Shown piece after piece: positions 13,896 through 27,032 of a stretch of 64,000 nucleotides of DNA. The first letter of the stretch is position 1. Every line of letters begins with the position of its first letter. The stretch covers positions 58,714,001 to 58,778,000 of the forward strand of contig OZ024748.1 of assembly GCA_964016885.1 (NCBI GenBank), read 5' to 3'. The DNA is from Eledone cirrhosa (taxonomy: Eukaryota). Under the pieces are notes generated by a model. It was not told the origin of the DNA. It was given only the letters and a program-made list of their open reading frames with translations, and did not search any database. The position numbers and the translations under genes were made by a program.

Positions 13896-14954
13896 TTTCT
13901 TTTAACGTTCAAAGTTTTGTTTCCTTTGTTTATTAAATGTCACCGACCTTCAAATACTAGCATATTTGTACATCAATAGAAACCTGAAATGTCTTTTTTA
14001 TTTTGTTTTCGTTGCCGTTCAGTTTTATAAAATGTCTGAAATTATTTGTTTTAAATGGAAATCAAAGCTAGTTTTTTTTTCTTTTGGTTCTATAGTTCTA
14101 TCAATAGGGTGTTGTATAACGTAATGAGATTATTTTTTCTCACATAATTTAGTTTTTAGTTTTGATATTGTATTTTTACTAGTTGTATGCTTAGTGAATT
14201 CTAAGGATGGGAACTGTAACTATACCTCTTCCCAAAAGCATTTCCCTGTTAAGGGAAATGAAAAGGCGACACGTGGTAATCAAAGCTGGATTGTGAACTC
14301 GAATTACCGAGCGTTTACTTTTTGTAGCGTGACCTAGATAGGTTAATGGACGAACGATCATAAAGTCGTAGTTTCAATCATTGGACCAGGAGGTAAGCTG
14401 TGTTCTTGAGTAACATAATTACACTCATCTGAAAATGAGTACCAGAAGTATGTGGGCGGTTAGCTCTGCGTTGGACTGGATCATACAGTTTAATTATATT
14501 AATCAAATTAACTATATTTGAAAACACGAAATAGTTGGGACGTACATCCTCCAGCATTATATTTAGGACACAAATTACAGCCCTTTCTTTCCTTGACTAA
14601 ATGGTAGTGATAACGTGATATAGTTTACTTGAACTTCATCTACGATATATTTCTATGTTGTTGAAACTTGAGGTACTTGTTTCATGTTTTCTCATGTAAT
14701 ATAACTGCACTCTTATAAGGACAGGCAAAGCAATCATTTGAATTGGGGTTTACTACAGATCAAATAGATCAATATTTGTTCACCTGGCCCTTAATAAAAG
14801 TTGATGGAATACTAGGGGCGCCGTGATGATATAAGAATGTCTTCGGCATTTAAAACTGGCAGTCCATCCCACACCGAGCCTGGATAAAGATTTCTTCTAG
14901 AAAGGGAGAGAGCGCGAAAGAGAGAATGGTAGAGAGAACAAGTGACAGAGAAAT

Positions 14955-15145
14955 ATCATCATCATCCGGCGGCCTCAGCAGAATGGACTCAACAATTGAT
15001 CTCCACGTGGGTCTGTCGTTCATTGCCGTTGCCAAATACTGGATTTCAATACCAGAATCTCTGGGCATCGGGGTAGGAGAGCTTGCGCCCCTTGTTATTA
15101 GTGACTGCTTGTGGTTTCCGAAGCACTAATGGGTAAACAGCCTCA
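14955..15145 (-). mobile_element. RTE-group LINE 3' end remnant
   Basis: Minus translation 'RDSGIEIQYLATAMNDRPTWRSIVESI' matches the RTE C-terminal 'AMxDRxxWR' pattern; ends in a (gat)n tail. Confidence 0.7.
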
Positions 15146-15819
15146 TATAGAGAGAAATATAGGGGAAGCATCAAGTCTAGTGTTGTACTGGTACTTTATC
15201 TGTCGATCTCATAAAGTTGAAATGTAAAGTTGATCTCGTTTGCATTACAGCTCAAAGTGCAGATAGCTGGAAGTAATACCAAAAAGCGTCTTATCCAACG
15301 TTCTAATGTCACTGCCAATTCACCTCCTAAATTAACATATAATACACAATGAATTGAATATAAAGATTACATTGATTGTTCGATTCTAACCTCATGTTAC
15401 AACAAATAATGTCCAGTTTTAAATAATTAAAGGCTGAAAGTAAATTCTATAGAGGAAGGAATTTCCATAGAATTGAGCAATTTCTTTTAATAATGTTTGA
15501 GAAATGAGACCCTGAATGGATGAAAGAAGTAATGAATAAATCTCGACTGGATTTAGATGTTCGAGTGTTTAATCAACAGCTTCACAATGATATACGATTT
15601 TTATTTAATGCTAAAGGAGAGACGATTCGCCAAACATTTGACTAGTATTTCAATAGGGTGAATAGAAGCTGAAGGCAGGTTACAAAAGATATGAAATTGA
15701 TAGCATCAGGATATGAAATTGATCAATGATATGAAATTCGTAGCATCAGAAAAATTCGTATAATATTAGAGCATTGTGAAGTTTTTCTTTATTTTTATTA
15801 CTATTATAGCTTTACCTGA

Positions 15820-16360
15820 GGGTGGTGGATTAGCAGTATTGGTAGATGGTCGAACGCCATGCCTTGCAGTATAGATACGGCCTTTTATGATCTAGGTTCA
15901 AATCCCGCCGAGGTTAACTTTGCCTTTCATCTTTACGGGGTCGATAAAATAAAGTACCAGTCACGCACTGGGGTCAATTTAATCGACCTCGACCCCCTCA
16001 ACAAAATTGTTAGCCTTGTGTCTATCTATATAAGAAACCATTATTATAGCTTTACCTTTCATCATTAAGATGTCGATATAATAAAGTACCCTTCATGCAC
16101 TGGGGTCGATTTAATCGACTTTACCCTCCTCTCCAAATTGCTGGCATTGTGCCTGTAGTAGAAATGATAATAATAATTATTATTATTATAAGAGCAGTGG
16201 GTTGGCAGCATCGGTAGAGCGTTGGACAACGTTTTTTTGGCATAGTTACGTTCCTTTAGGTTTTTTTCAAATCCTGCCGAGGTTCACTTTGAATTTCATC
16301 ATTACGTGATCGATAAATTAAAGTACTAGTCATGTACTGGGTCATTTTAATCGACTTTCG
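15820..16360 (+). mobile_element. Cluster of three Deu/Nin SINE copies (long subfamily)
   Basis: SINE core plus 'ggggtc.atttaatcgac' segment; first copy flanked by TSD 'attatagctttacct'. Confidence 0.88.
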
Positions 16361-16363
16361 CTA

Positions 16364-16366
16364 CAT

Positions 16367-16417
<51 letters not shown>

Positions 16418-16651
16418 TATATATACTATATAATATAAATATAATATATATATATATATAATATATATATATAATATATATATATATATAATATATATAT
16501 ATATATAATATATATATATAATATATATATATATATGTATGTATATATATATATGTACATATATATATATATGTATGTATATATATATATGTACATATAT
16601 ATATATATGTACATATATATATATATATGTACATATATATATATATGTACG

Positions 16652-16698
<47 letters not shown>

Positions 16699-18392
16699 GT
16701 ATATATATATGTATATATATATGTATATATATATATGTATATATATATGTATATATATATGTATATATTATATATATATATATAATATATATGTAATATA
16801 TATAATATATATGTAATATATATAATATATATGTAATATATGTAATATATATAATATATATGTAATATATATAATATATATGTAATATATATAATATATA
16901 TGTAATATATATAATATATATGTAATATATATAATATATATGTAATATATATATGTAATATATATGTAATATATATATATAATATATATGTAATATATAT
17001 ATATAATATATATGTAATATATATATATAATATATATGTAATATATATATATAATATATATGTAATATATATATATAATATATATGTAATATATATATAT
17101 AATATATATGTAATATATATATATAATATATATGTAATATATATATATATATATATATAATATATATGTAATATATATATATATATAATATATATGTAAT
17201 ATATATATATAATATATATGTAATATATATATATAATATATATGTAATATATATATATAATATATATGTAATATATATATATAATATATATGTAATATAT
17301 ATATATAATATATATGTAATATATATATATATATGTAATATATATATATGTAATATATATATATGTAATATATATATATATATGTAATATATATATATGT
17401 AATATATATATATATATGTAATATATATATATATAATATATATGTAATATATATATATATAATATATATGTAATATAATATATATGTAATATATACATAT
17501 ATATGTAATATATATATATATATGTAATATAATATATATGTAATATAATATATATGTAATATATATATATATAATATATATATATATATAATATATATAT
17601 ATATATATAATATATATGTAATATAATATATATGTAATATATATATATATATGTAATATATATATATATATGTAATATATATATATATATATGTAATATA
17701 TATATATATGTAATATATATATATATATGTAATATATATATATATATGTAATATATATATATATATGTAATATATATGTATATGTAATATATATATATAT
17801 ATGTAATATATATATATATGTAATATATATATATATATGTAATATATATATATATGTAATATATATATATATATGTAATATATATATATATATGTAATAT
17901 ATATATATATGTAATATATATATATATATGTAATATAATATATATGTAATATATATATATATATGTAATATAATATATATGTAATATATATATATATGTA
18001 ATATATATATATATGTAATATATATATATATATGTAATATATATATATATATGTAATATATATATATATATGTAATATAATATATATGTAATATATATAT
18101 ATATATGTAATATATATATATATATGTAATATAATATATATGTAATATATATATATATATGTAATATATATATGTAATATATATATATATGTAATATATA
18201 TATATATATGTAATATATATATGTAATATATATATATATGTAATATATATATATATGTAATATATATATATATGTAATATATATATATATATGTAATATA
18301 TATATGTAATATATATATATATATGTAATATATATATATATGTAATATATATATATATATGTAATATATATATATATATGTAATATATATAT
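16364..18392. repeat. Compound (TA)n satellite with TAA, TG and TGTAA interruptions
   Basis: Direct reading; produces the long Y/I/H ORFs. Confidence 0.97.
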
Positions 18393-19109
18393 AGAGCAGA
18401 TTTCAATATACTAATAAAAATATATATTAGAAACAAAACTAAAAAATAACAATAATAATAATAAGTAATAATAAAATAGAAAACTAAAAAATATTACGAA
18501 AGAATATTACATATTAAAAATATTTTATATTAAAAAAAAAAAAAAAAAAAATCTGCTCTCTATTTCTGCTTGATAGATAATGTTGTAGAGTAAAGACAGG
18601 AATAGTAATACACATATATGTATACTTAAATTTTTATACCACATTGAGAATGTTTTCCGTGAACTTAGGGTTTGCAGAGTTGATCATGTGGATTCACATG
18701 GATGTTTGTAGCTATCACATAAACATATGAATTTTTTTTAAAAACTAAACATAAGATCATTAATTTTCACACATTATGGATACTTGTCTCATTCAGGAAT
18801 ACTGATATTTACAATATAGTGGCTGGTTTTTATAAATACTAATACCTCTACATTAAAACATAGGGTTTTTTACGCCTCGCCTATATCTGGTTATTTTTAA
18901 ATTTTTTTCTCTCTCTATATTTTTCTCTCTCTATATTTTTTCTCTATATATATATCTCCCTTACATTAATACTAGAGCTAAATAAATAAATAAATAAATA
19001 AATGTATCATTGATACGTTTACTCAACAGACGTCCCACTACCTAATTTTCTATATATATGTATCTATCTCTATTTCCTCTCTCTCTCTATATATATATCT
19101 CTTTCTGTT

Positions 19110-19530
19110 TCTTTACATGAAGTTCTTCTCTTTATCTATCTTTCCATCTCTCTATTTTGTTCCATGCATTTCTTCTTTTTCTTCTTTTTCTTCGTTTTCT
19201 GTCTTTCTTCCTTTTTTCTCTCTTTCTTTCTCTCTGTGTACAATTTTTTCACTGCCAAATCAACCTTTTCAAATACAAGTCGATGTTGTTATGGTATGTC
19301 GAATCTATTTATCTATAAAACTGTTTATATTGTATTTTGTCTGAGGAAGGCATAGCATATTGTTAATATGATATCCCTGAAATATATATAATGAAATAAA
19401 TATGGTTTTATAAATATAGTTTCCATTTATTTAATATTGTAAATATACTCCAAATATTTGTCGAGTGCTTTTATATCAGTTATAAATATTTACTAGTTGT
19501 AACCCAACAATTTACATATAACTTTCCATA
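19110..19530 (+). mobile_element. PLE pLTR-like element, family A, ending in (TA)n
   Basis: Homologous to 28991-29587; pyrimidine-rich leader, hammerhead motif, tail '...caacaatttacatataactttcca' abutting a TA tract. Confidence 0.75.
19333..19398 (+). ncRNA. Minimal type I hammerhead ribozyme (family A)
   Basis: tattttgt-CTGAGGA-aggcatagcatatt(gtt)aatatgatatccct-GAAA-tatata-TA-atgaaata: stem I 8 bp with 2 G.U pairs, long stem II, palindromic stem III. Confidence 0.75.
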
Positions 19531-19551
19531 TATGTAATATATATATATATG

Positions 19552-19586
<35 letters not shown>

Positions 19587-19822
19587 ATATATATATATAA
19601 TATATATATATATATATGTAATATATATATATATATATGTAATATATATATATATATATGTAATATATATATATATATATGTAATATATATATATATATA
19701 TGTAATATATATATATATATATGTAATATATATATATGTAATATATATATATGTAATATATATATATATAATATATATATGTAATATATATATATATATG
19801 TAATATATATATATATATGTAA

Positions 19823-19855
<33 letters not shown>

Positions 19856-19860
19856 ATATA
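19531..19860. repeat. (TA)n/TGTAA satellite between two convergent family A elements
   Basis: Direct reading. Confidence 0.95.
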
Positions 19861-19902
19861 CGATATATTAACAAATGGAAACTATATTTATAAAACCATA
19901 TT

Positions 19903-19967
19903 TATTTCATTATACATATTTCAAGGATACGAAGTCAAATTATGGTGCGCTTTCATCAGATAAAATA
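19903..19967 (-). ncRNA. Hammerhead ribozyme, diverged family A copy
   Basis: Minus strand: tattttat-CTGATGA-aagcgcaccataatttgacttcgtatcctt-GAAA-tatgta-TA-atgaaata; core and tail retained while stem II has diverged. Confidence 0.65.
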
Positions 19968-20607
19968 TAATATAGATCAGTTCTATAAATAAATATTGAC
20001 GTGCCCTTAAAGAATGCGACCATTTCTGTTGGAAGCTCTCGGATAGTGGGGTTATTAAATTTATTTAGTCTATTATGCAAATTAGTGTCGGATATGTTTA
20101 AATCACAGTAGATTTAAAATAGGCCATTGGAGTATGGAAAAAGAAAAAGGAAAAGAGAAAGAGAAAAGAAAGACCATACTCTAATAGGAAAAGAAGAAAA
20201 CAAAAGAAAGAGAAAGAGAAAGAAAAAAGAATGAGAAAGAAAGAAAGAAAGAGAAAGCCCTAAGTGATAGGTTGTTGTATTAACGTTAATTTTAAGATGA
20301 AGCGAAAAAATAAATATTTATTGGATGAGTTAAGCTGAGTAAATAAGCGTGAATAGAAAATAAATAAATAATAATAACCGGAGAATTTTATCTAATGTTT
20401 AAATTTGATTAAATGGTTAGTTTATCAATTAAATTGTCAATTAAATTATTGAGATCTTTACATTAAAATTGAGATCTATATATTATTAAAATCTATATAT
20501 TATTAAAAACTATATATTATTAAAAAACTATATATTATTAAAAACTATATATTATTAAAAAATCTATAGATTATTAAAAACTATATATTATTAAAAAGAA
20601 TATATTC

Positions 20608-20690
<83 letters not shown>

Positions 20691-21405
20691 AAAATGATTT
20701 TTTATGTTTAAGATATAGGAATTTTTCTAAACTTATGGAAATTCATAGATTTTTCGGAGAAATCGGAGAAAAATCGTTTCTATGTAATAGCAATACAGCG
20801 TGAAGGAAATTAAGTTATTTACTTATATCAAATGTTATAAATCTTAAGATGATAAAAGAAAGTTAAGATTATAAAAACCTTATATTATTTAATAGTAAGT
20901 TATAATTTTATAAATTTTATTTATCTCATAAATCCACCTGTTATATAGTTGTGACTGTTATAATATAAGTTTGTTTAGTATAAACCGTAAGAAACCTTTT
21001 ATAACAGAGTGTATTCGAATTGTATATATACATATATTGAGACATAGAGACATGTACCCATACATATATATACACAGAGATACACAACCCATATATAGAT
21101 ACATACACATATAGGTAGACATACATCATATATATAGAGAGAGAGAGATAAATATAAAGTACATAATATAAAATAAAAAATGAGTTATAATTTTAAAAGG
21201 ATTATAATTTTAAGAGGAATTACAATTTGGAAATATATTCATATAATTTCAAACAATATAACTTTAAAACAATATAATTTAAAAAAATATTTTAAGATAT
21301 AATTTTTAAAAATATACAAGAATATATACAAAAAATTCAGTATAAAAGTGAATTTTAATTTTTTTAATATTATATTTAACTCTCGGTATGCTTAACTTAA
21401 TTTGT

Positions 21406-21960
21406 AAACACACCGAGCATTATAATAAATGTTCGGTGAATCGATACATACATATATATATATGTGTGCATGTATGTATATAATCATACTACTGTACGTC
21501 TGTATACATATATGTATGTACGTATACATACTTATATTTAAGTTACAGCCGTACTAAGAGTGGGAAATGAGATTTCGTTTCATTTTTTCCGTTTATCGTT
21601 TTCAGTGCACCCGGCCGATTAACCCACTCTATATGCAAATTGGGCTACTCAGCCGTTTATATGCATCAGTAAAGTATATACTTTCAGACGTTCAATCGTC
21701 TGGCAGGACGGTATACGTTGCTGACGATAGCTAATAAGCTTGAAACTAGTACAGTGTTCCTTTGCACTACGGCTTAATACGGGATGTTTGTTTACAAACA
21801 CACCGAGCATTATAATAAATGTTCGGTGAATCCATACGTACATATATATATATACATACTACTGTACGTCTGTATACATATATGTATGTACGTATACATA
21901 CTTATATTTAAGTAACAGCCGTACTAAGAGTGGGAAATGAAATTTCGTTTCATTTTTTCC
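21406..21960 (+). mobile_element. Partial tandem (1.5 units, period ~370-390 bp) retrozyme/pLTR-like element, family B
   Basis: 21406-21590 is repeated at 21796-21960; a hammerhead lies in the unique middle; TA tract follows at 21961. Confidence 0.8.
21716..21756 (+). ncRNA. Minimal type I hammerhead ribozyme (family B)
   Basis: cgttg-CTGACGA-tagct(aata)agctt-GAAA-ctag-TA-cagtg; GUA cleavage triplet, palindromic stem III 'actagt'; U.U at the base of stem II. Confidence 0.8.
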
Positions 21961-22309
21961 AATATATATATATATAATATAATATATATATATATACACT
22001 TTCAAATACACAATTTGATTACCTGTACAGGCAATATTTATTAGACTCAGCCTTTCCCAAAAGTAAAATGATTTACAAACATAATTTAATTGTATGTAAA
22101 CACCCAATAATCTTTACATAATATAAATAATGTATATAAAACAGAATTTATTTTAATGCATATTTTGCTGTTGAAGGGTGTATACACTTTTGGGACATCA
22201 TATATATAAACATGCGCGCGTGCGCACGCACGACAAACTAACATATACCTTCCTACGTACTCAGTTTCTTGATGCAAGGTGATGTTATTGTAGCATCGTT
22301 TTTGAATTT

Positions 22310-22369
<60 letters not shown>

Positions 22370-22373
22370 CATA

Positions 22374-22454
22374 CAGGGTGTCCCAAAAACATGTATACAT
22401 ACTTGAGTTATCCGCTGTTGAAGAAGTATGTATACATTTTGGGGGGACACCCTC
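22374..22454. mobile_element. 81-bp Tc1/mariner-type MITE
   Basis: TIRs 'cagggtgtcccaaaaacatgtatacatactt' / 'aagtatgtatacattttggggggacaccctc', TA context. Confidence 0.8.
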
Positions 22455-23499
22455 ATATATAATCATAACTTACTGCAAAATATACCTAACTAAAATGTTC
22501 ACTTTCAACTGTTTAGGAAGAATAGGATGGTAACAATTCATGGGAATTGTCATTTTACGCTATTTAATAGCTTGGCAATATTTCAGACGGCATTGTTGTT
22601 TGCCGCCCAAAACTATTTATCCTTTTAAAACTCAAGCCAGCTGTAATTAAAAGAGTGCGTTGAAGATGTGATTTTCTTTTCTACGACTATTGTTTTTCCG
22701 TCCGAAAATAAATTAAATTGACTGTCTGCAAACAGTTAAATTTATAACGTTTTACATACAGAGTTACACGTAATAATTCTTATTTGTGACTTCAAAAGAG
22801 AGAATTATATTATGTAAGAAGAAAGTTCGACAATTTTTCCTACTACTAAATTTTAAATATGTCTGAATTTTGAAACGAAGTTTGAAAATCCATTCATCTG
22901 ATTTTCTAAGTGTTATTCTGTAGACAGTGTTACGCCACGATATCACTATGGTTAATGTCATTGAAGCTGTGATGGAAGATGTTATTGAAGATGTTAATGA
23001 ATCTTGTAAATAGATATGTCTTGAGGTTATATTCGTTATTCAGTTTAGGCAGACAGACATAAAGTGAAATTGGAAGAAGAATGAATACGATGGAACAACC
23101 TAGCAACAAACTAAACTTATAAAGGGCCTGTCACCATTCTTAAAATGAACAGCACATGACATTTAAACCTAGAGGAAACACCCTGCGGGAGATGCAATAT
23201 TCCTACGGGTGCCCTTTGAATACTAAAGTAGAAATAAATATAGAAAGCTTACAAACTACAAATATCCCTTAAACTGTTTTGTTAAAGAGGTCTAATAAGA
23301 TCGAAATATGTACAAAGTTGTCATTATTGTGTAGGCGCAGACACGCACTCTACCTTATTTAGATATTCTATTTATATTTAAGATTCTTTCATATTTCTTC
23401 TTTTCTTCTTTTCTAATCATTAAGCAAATTATATTTGTGTTCACAGCAGATGCAATTTAGATTAATCAAACATTCTTGATTCACTACACGAAATATATA

Positions 23500-24590
23500 C
23501 AGGGTGGGCGGAAATAATCTCCCAATATAAAATTATTAATAAATATATTAATTATTAGTTAATTCTCTTAAAACATGTTTTATTTTGAATAATATTATAG
23601 TAGCGGTACAGTTGAGTGTTGCAATTCTACATAGGTAGCAGCATTATCTACCAGTGTTTGTAAATATCTGGGTATATACTCGACTGACTTCATCAGCAAA
23701 TGATGGTATGTTGGTCCGTACATGACGAATAGGTTCTTCCAATTGTGTCAGAGGTTTTGGTTTTCAGTTACAAACCTTTTACTTCATCTACCCCCAAGAT
23801 AAAAATATTACACGGTATTTACTCATGACTACTTCCTTGGCATTCATGTGGACTTTGACGACACAGCCAATATCCTGGAAATTGGACATCAAAGCACTCA
23901 CGGAGAGTGCGTGCAAAATGTGGAGGGGGTCCTATCTTGCATGAAGATGAGGTCACTGATGCTGTCTCATATCTCAGTAGGCCAAAGCTATAAGCAATTT
24001 TCAATAAGGAGTTTCTTCTCACCACCCCCATCCTGTAAAACGAGAAAGGTATCATACACCATCGTGTATAATTTGATTGTGTGTACCAAAGTTTGTGTAA
24101 GAGAGCCACATTTTTTTTCTCCTACCCTGTAATTTAACCCTCTCAAATATCCTTCCAACAAATTAATTTCGGGTACGATTGACTCATAGTTCTTAAACTG
24201 AATATAAAATGTATCGATCACATCGGTCTTGGGGATATTTCAAAGGTCAGGGTCACAGCAATTTCCTTCAGAATTTGATACATAGACTCAGTAAAATAAA
24301 ATACAAACTGTCATCTTGTCGCTACCTCGGCAGTTTGTCAAGATATTGCTGTACAGGTGGGACAGTTTCTAATTGAGGTGCACATGTATTTCTAAGAGGA
24401 TTGATTAGCAGATTGACTTCTAGAAAATATATATTGAACATTTTGAATTCATACACGGGTTTAAGAATGAGTTTAGTGATGTAGTTTCTCGATGCTTTCT
24501 TCGGGCTGTTGAAAGGTTTTTTTTTCCTTAACAGTATGAACTACAAAAATGCTTGTTCAATACTGAACTATTCCCCCTGTGGCATCTATT
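23500..24590 (-). mobile_element. Decayed Tc1/mariner-superfamily transposon (transposase pseudogene, DD37D/DD41D-like)
   Basis: Minus-strand 'GPPPHFARTLRECFDVQFPGYWLCRQSPHE' resembles 'QQDGAPPHF...L...FPGRWIGR...EWP'; N-terminal 'FSIEQ' near 24560; terminus 'ta|cagggtgggcggaaataatctccc'. Many stops and frameshifts. Confidence 0.8.
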
Positions 24591-24849
24591 ACAGCTAGAT
24601 GTACAAAGTCAAAGGAGTTTAACTGTCTGGGTCAGTAAAATGGTGCAGTACAGTTAATAGCAAATTGTTGACCCTGTGGTTGCTATATCAATTATTGTTT
24701 TGGTCAGCTTCAGATATTTTACCTCTTATAAATCAAATTGCAATTTTTTTAAGTATTCAGAGCTGGAGGCTACTAAACAATGGTAGCAAATCGTTCGCTG
24801 CCCTTTAGAACTTCACTTCCCGTGTATATTGAATGTGGTTTCTTTTTAC

Positions 24850-24907
<58 letters not shown>

Positions 24908-26555
24908 CATAGAGAATGTCCGTTTTGTAAAATGAATGAAATATTTTGTTAAAGTATTCAGTCATGAAAATATTTATTCGATTTTCTATACAACACCGCT
25001 ATCAGCTTTCACAATACTTCGTATTCATTATTCGCTATCAGTTTGAACAGACTCTTCAACAGCCCGGCTGTAACATTTAGTAGTCACTTCAAAGGTAATG
25101 TTGATTATTGATTTATATTCTTCTCGCAAACTAAAATATATTTAACTGTTTGCAGAGAATAAATGATTCGTATCTCTTATAAACAACCAAATATGTTTGC
25201 AATAGAACATCGAAAAAGAGAAGCATCTCTGACAAAATCATTTCATAGTTATAAAGCAAATTTATATTTTCATATGAAAGTTATTTTCATAGCTAACTTA
25301 GTTTCAAAAATATTTTCTATACGCTTTCATAGTAATATGTGCATCACAGAATAAATGGATTTATCTATAATTGAAATTAAGTGCCAATGTATTTTATCAT
25401 GTTTCTGTATGTAAATTATCAGAAGGGTAATTTTAAAACTTATCTGTGTATATTTTATATATAATTGTATACACAGGAATAACTTTAGTAATAGTTGAAT
25501 ATTATTGACATATGCTACTTGTAGACAACTTAATTATGTTTGTGTATAATTCCAAGTTCTGTTGGTTTTAGAAATGGAGGAAATGCTAGGAATTCTATAT
25601 ATTGAATTCTATTTAGATTGGAATTTGAATGCGGTTTATTGAAATTCGATGTTATTTTCCACATTGTTCTAATTGATTTAAGAATAGTACGCTGTTGTCA
25701 TTGGTTTCCTTATAATTAATACGTACTGAAATCCTATGTGAATTCTGTGCTGAATTAATTAAATAAACTATGAATATTTGCCAAGTTTATTAAATATAAT
25801 TACGACAACAGAGTATATTTTAAAAAGACATATATCTGATATTTATAGATATGCATTTTATTACTAATTGGATGGAAGTGTTTACAACTACACTGTATTC
25901 ATACTTTATTTTTCCCATTTATGTTCTACGTTCAAATACACTGGAAGTCGATTTTGTTTTTCTTTATCTGAATATCAAATCGATTGGAATCTCTGACCTC
26001 TTCGATTGATTCGACACTCTAGTCTAGTCTAATATCTGTGAACTGGAAGAATCATTAGAGCTTCAGACTAAATGTCTTGGTATTTGCTCCATTTCTCTGC
26101 GTTCTGTGGTCAAATGTCTTTAAGGTCACTTTTAGTTTTCCTCCTCGATGAAATATATTAACAGTTCAAGGGCGTTGCATTGATGGAATTGATAAATGGT
26201 CGGGCTGCGACTTTGTGTTTTCAAATCCCACCCCTCCTCCTACTAGGTGTTGTGACCAGCGGATAATACCAACAATTTAAATACCAAGAGAAACCTATTT
26301 ATCGGGTCCGATTGGACTATCGGTGTATTTCCTTTCCTAATGTCTGTAATCTTGATCAACATTTGAAGCCAATACTGTATAAATCCTAGGATGTTACATT
26401 GAGAAAGTTGATATTTAACTTTTCGAAATTATTTTCATTTATTCAGATATGCCTGTATACACCAGGTTTATAGAAAGCTATACTAATGGCTGCTGCCTAT
26501 GCATAGCTTTAAATTTGATTTTTTTTATTTATAAATGTTTTTCATCTATAAATTA

Positions 26556-26707
26556 TAATTGTTTCTACGTTTGGCACAAGGCCAACAATTATCCCAGTGC
26601 ATTACTGGTACTTTATTTTATCGACCCCGTAAGGATGAAAGGCAAAGTTAACTCTATGCTTCAAAGCATGGCGTCCAACCCTTACCTATACTGCCAACCC
26701 ACCGCCC
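26556..26707 (-). mobile_element. Deu/Nin SINE with internal deletion
   Basis: SINE reverse complement lacking the B-box segment (joined at 'gttaactc'); flanked by TSD 'ttcatctataaat.ataat'. Confidence 0.88.
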
Positions 26708-26759
26708 TTCATCTATAAATAATAATACAGAACAAACGGGTCTACAGATAATCGTGTAA

Positions 26760-27032
26760 TACGACAGAAGATCTACGGGAGTTTCCTTTAAGCATAATTG
26801 CTTTCATTCCTATAAAATTCTTTCCCTTGAAAATTATGGGTCTGGGGCCATAAACCTGCAAAGGACAATCCGGAACGATGGTAAGATCGGACTTAAGAAT
26901 AAAAGTGAGAACTCCGTAAGACCGGACTTAAAAATGAATAAAGGTGAGAACTCTGACAGCCAGAAAAGTAAAGATATGAATTTCAATATACAAAATATGT
27001 TTCCAGAGAAATTAGAAGACACATATCCTTAA
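26760..27032 (+). CDS. Candidate terminal exon or open frame, unknown product
   Basis: 90 stop-free codons (...NYGSGAINLQRTIRNDGKIGLKNKSENSVRPDLKMNKGENSDSQKSKDMNFNIQNMFPEKLEDTYP*), frame-preserving internal duplication, AATAAA downstream; acceptor weak. Confidence 0.25.
   Translation, partial: YDRRSTGVSFKHNCFHSYKILSLENYGSGAINLQRTIRNDGKIGLKNKSENSVRPDLKMNKGENSDSQKSKDMNFNIQNMFPEKLEDTYP

Noticed and set aside
16347-18436. 383- and 691-aa Tyr/Ile ORFs (and similar ones at 28507, 30770, 34220, 44498, 46423)
   Set aside because: Translations of (TA)n satellites.
25051-26280. Phase-matched exon pair (25051-25094 + 26165-26280; LFNSPAVTFSSHFKVQGRCIDGIDKWSGC...)
   Set aside because: The second segment resembles a decayed SINE head ('ggcg...ggtcgg...ttcaaatcccacc') and follows another SINE relic; too short to support.
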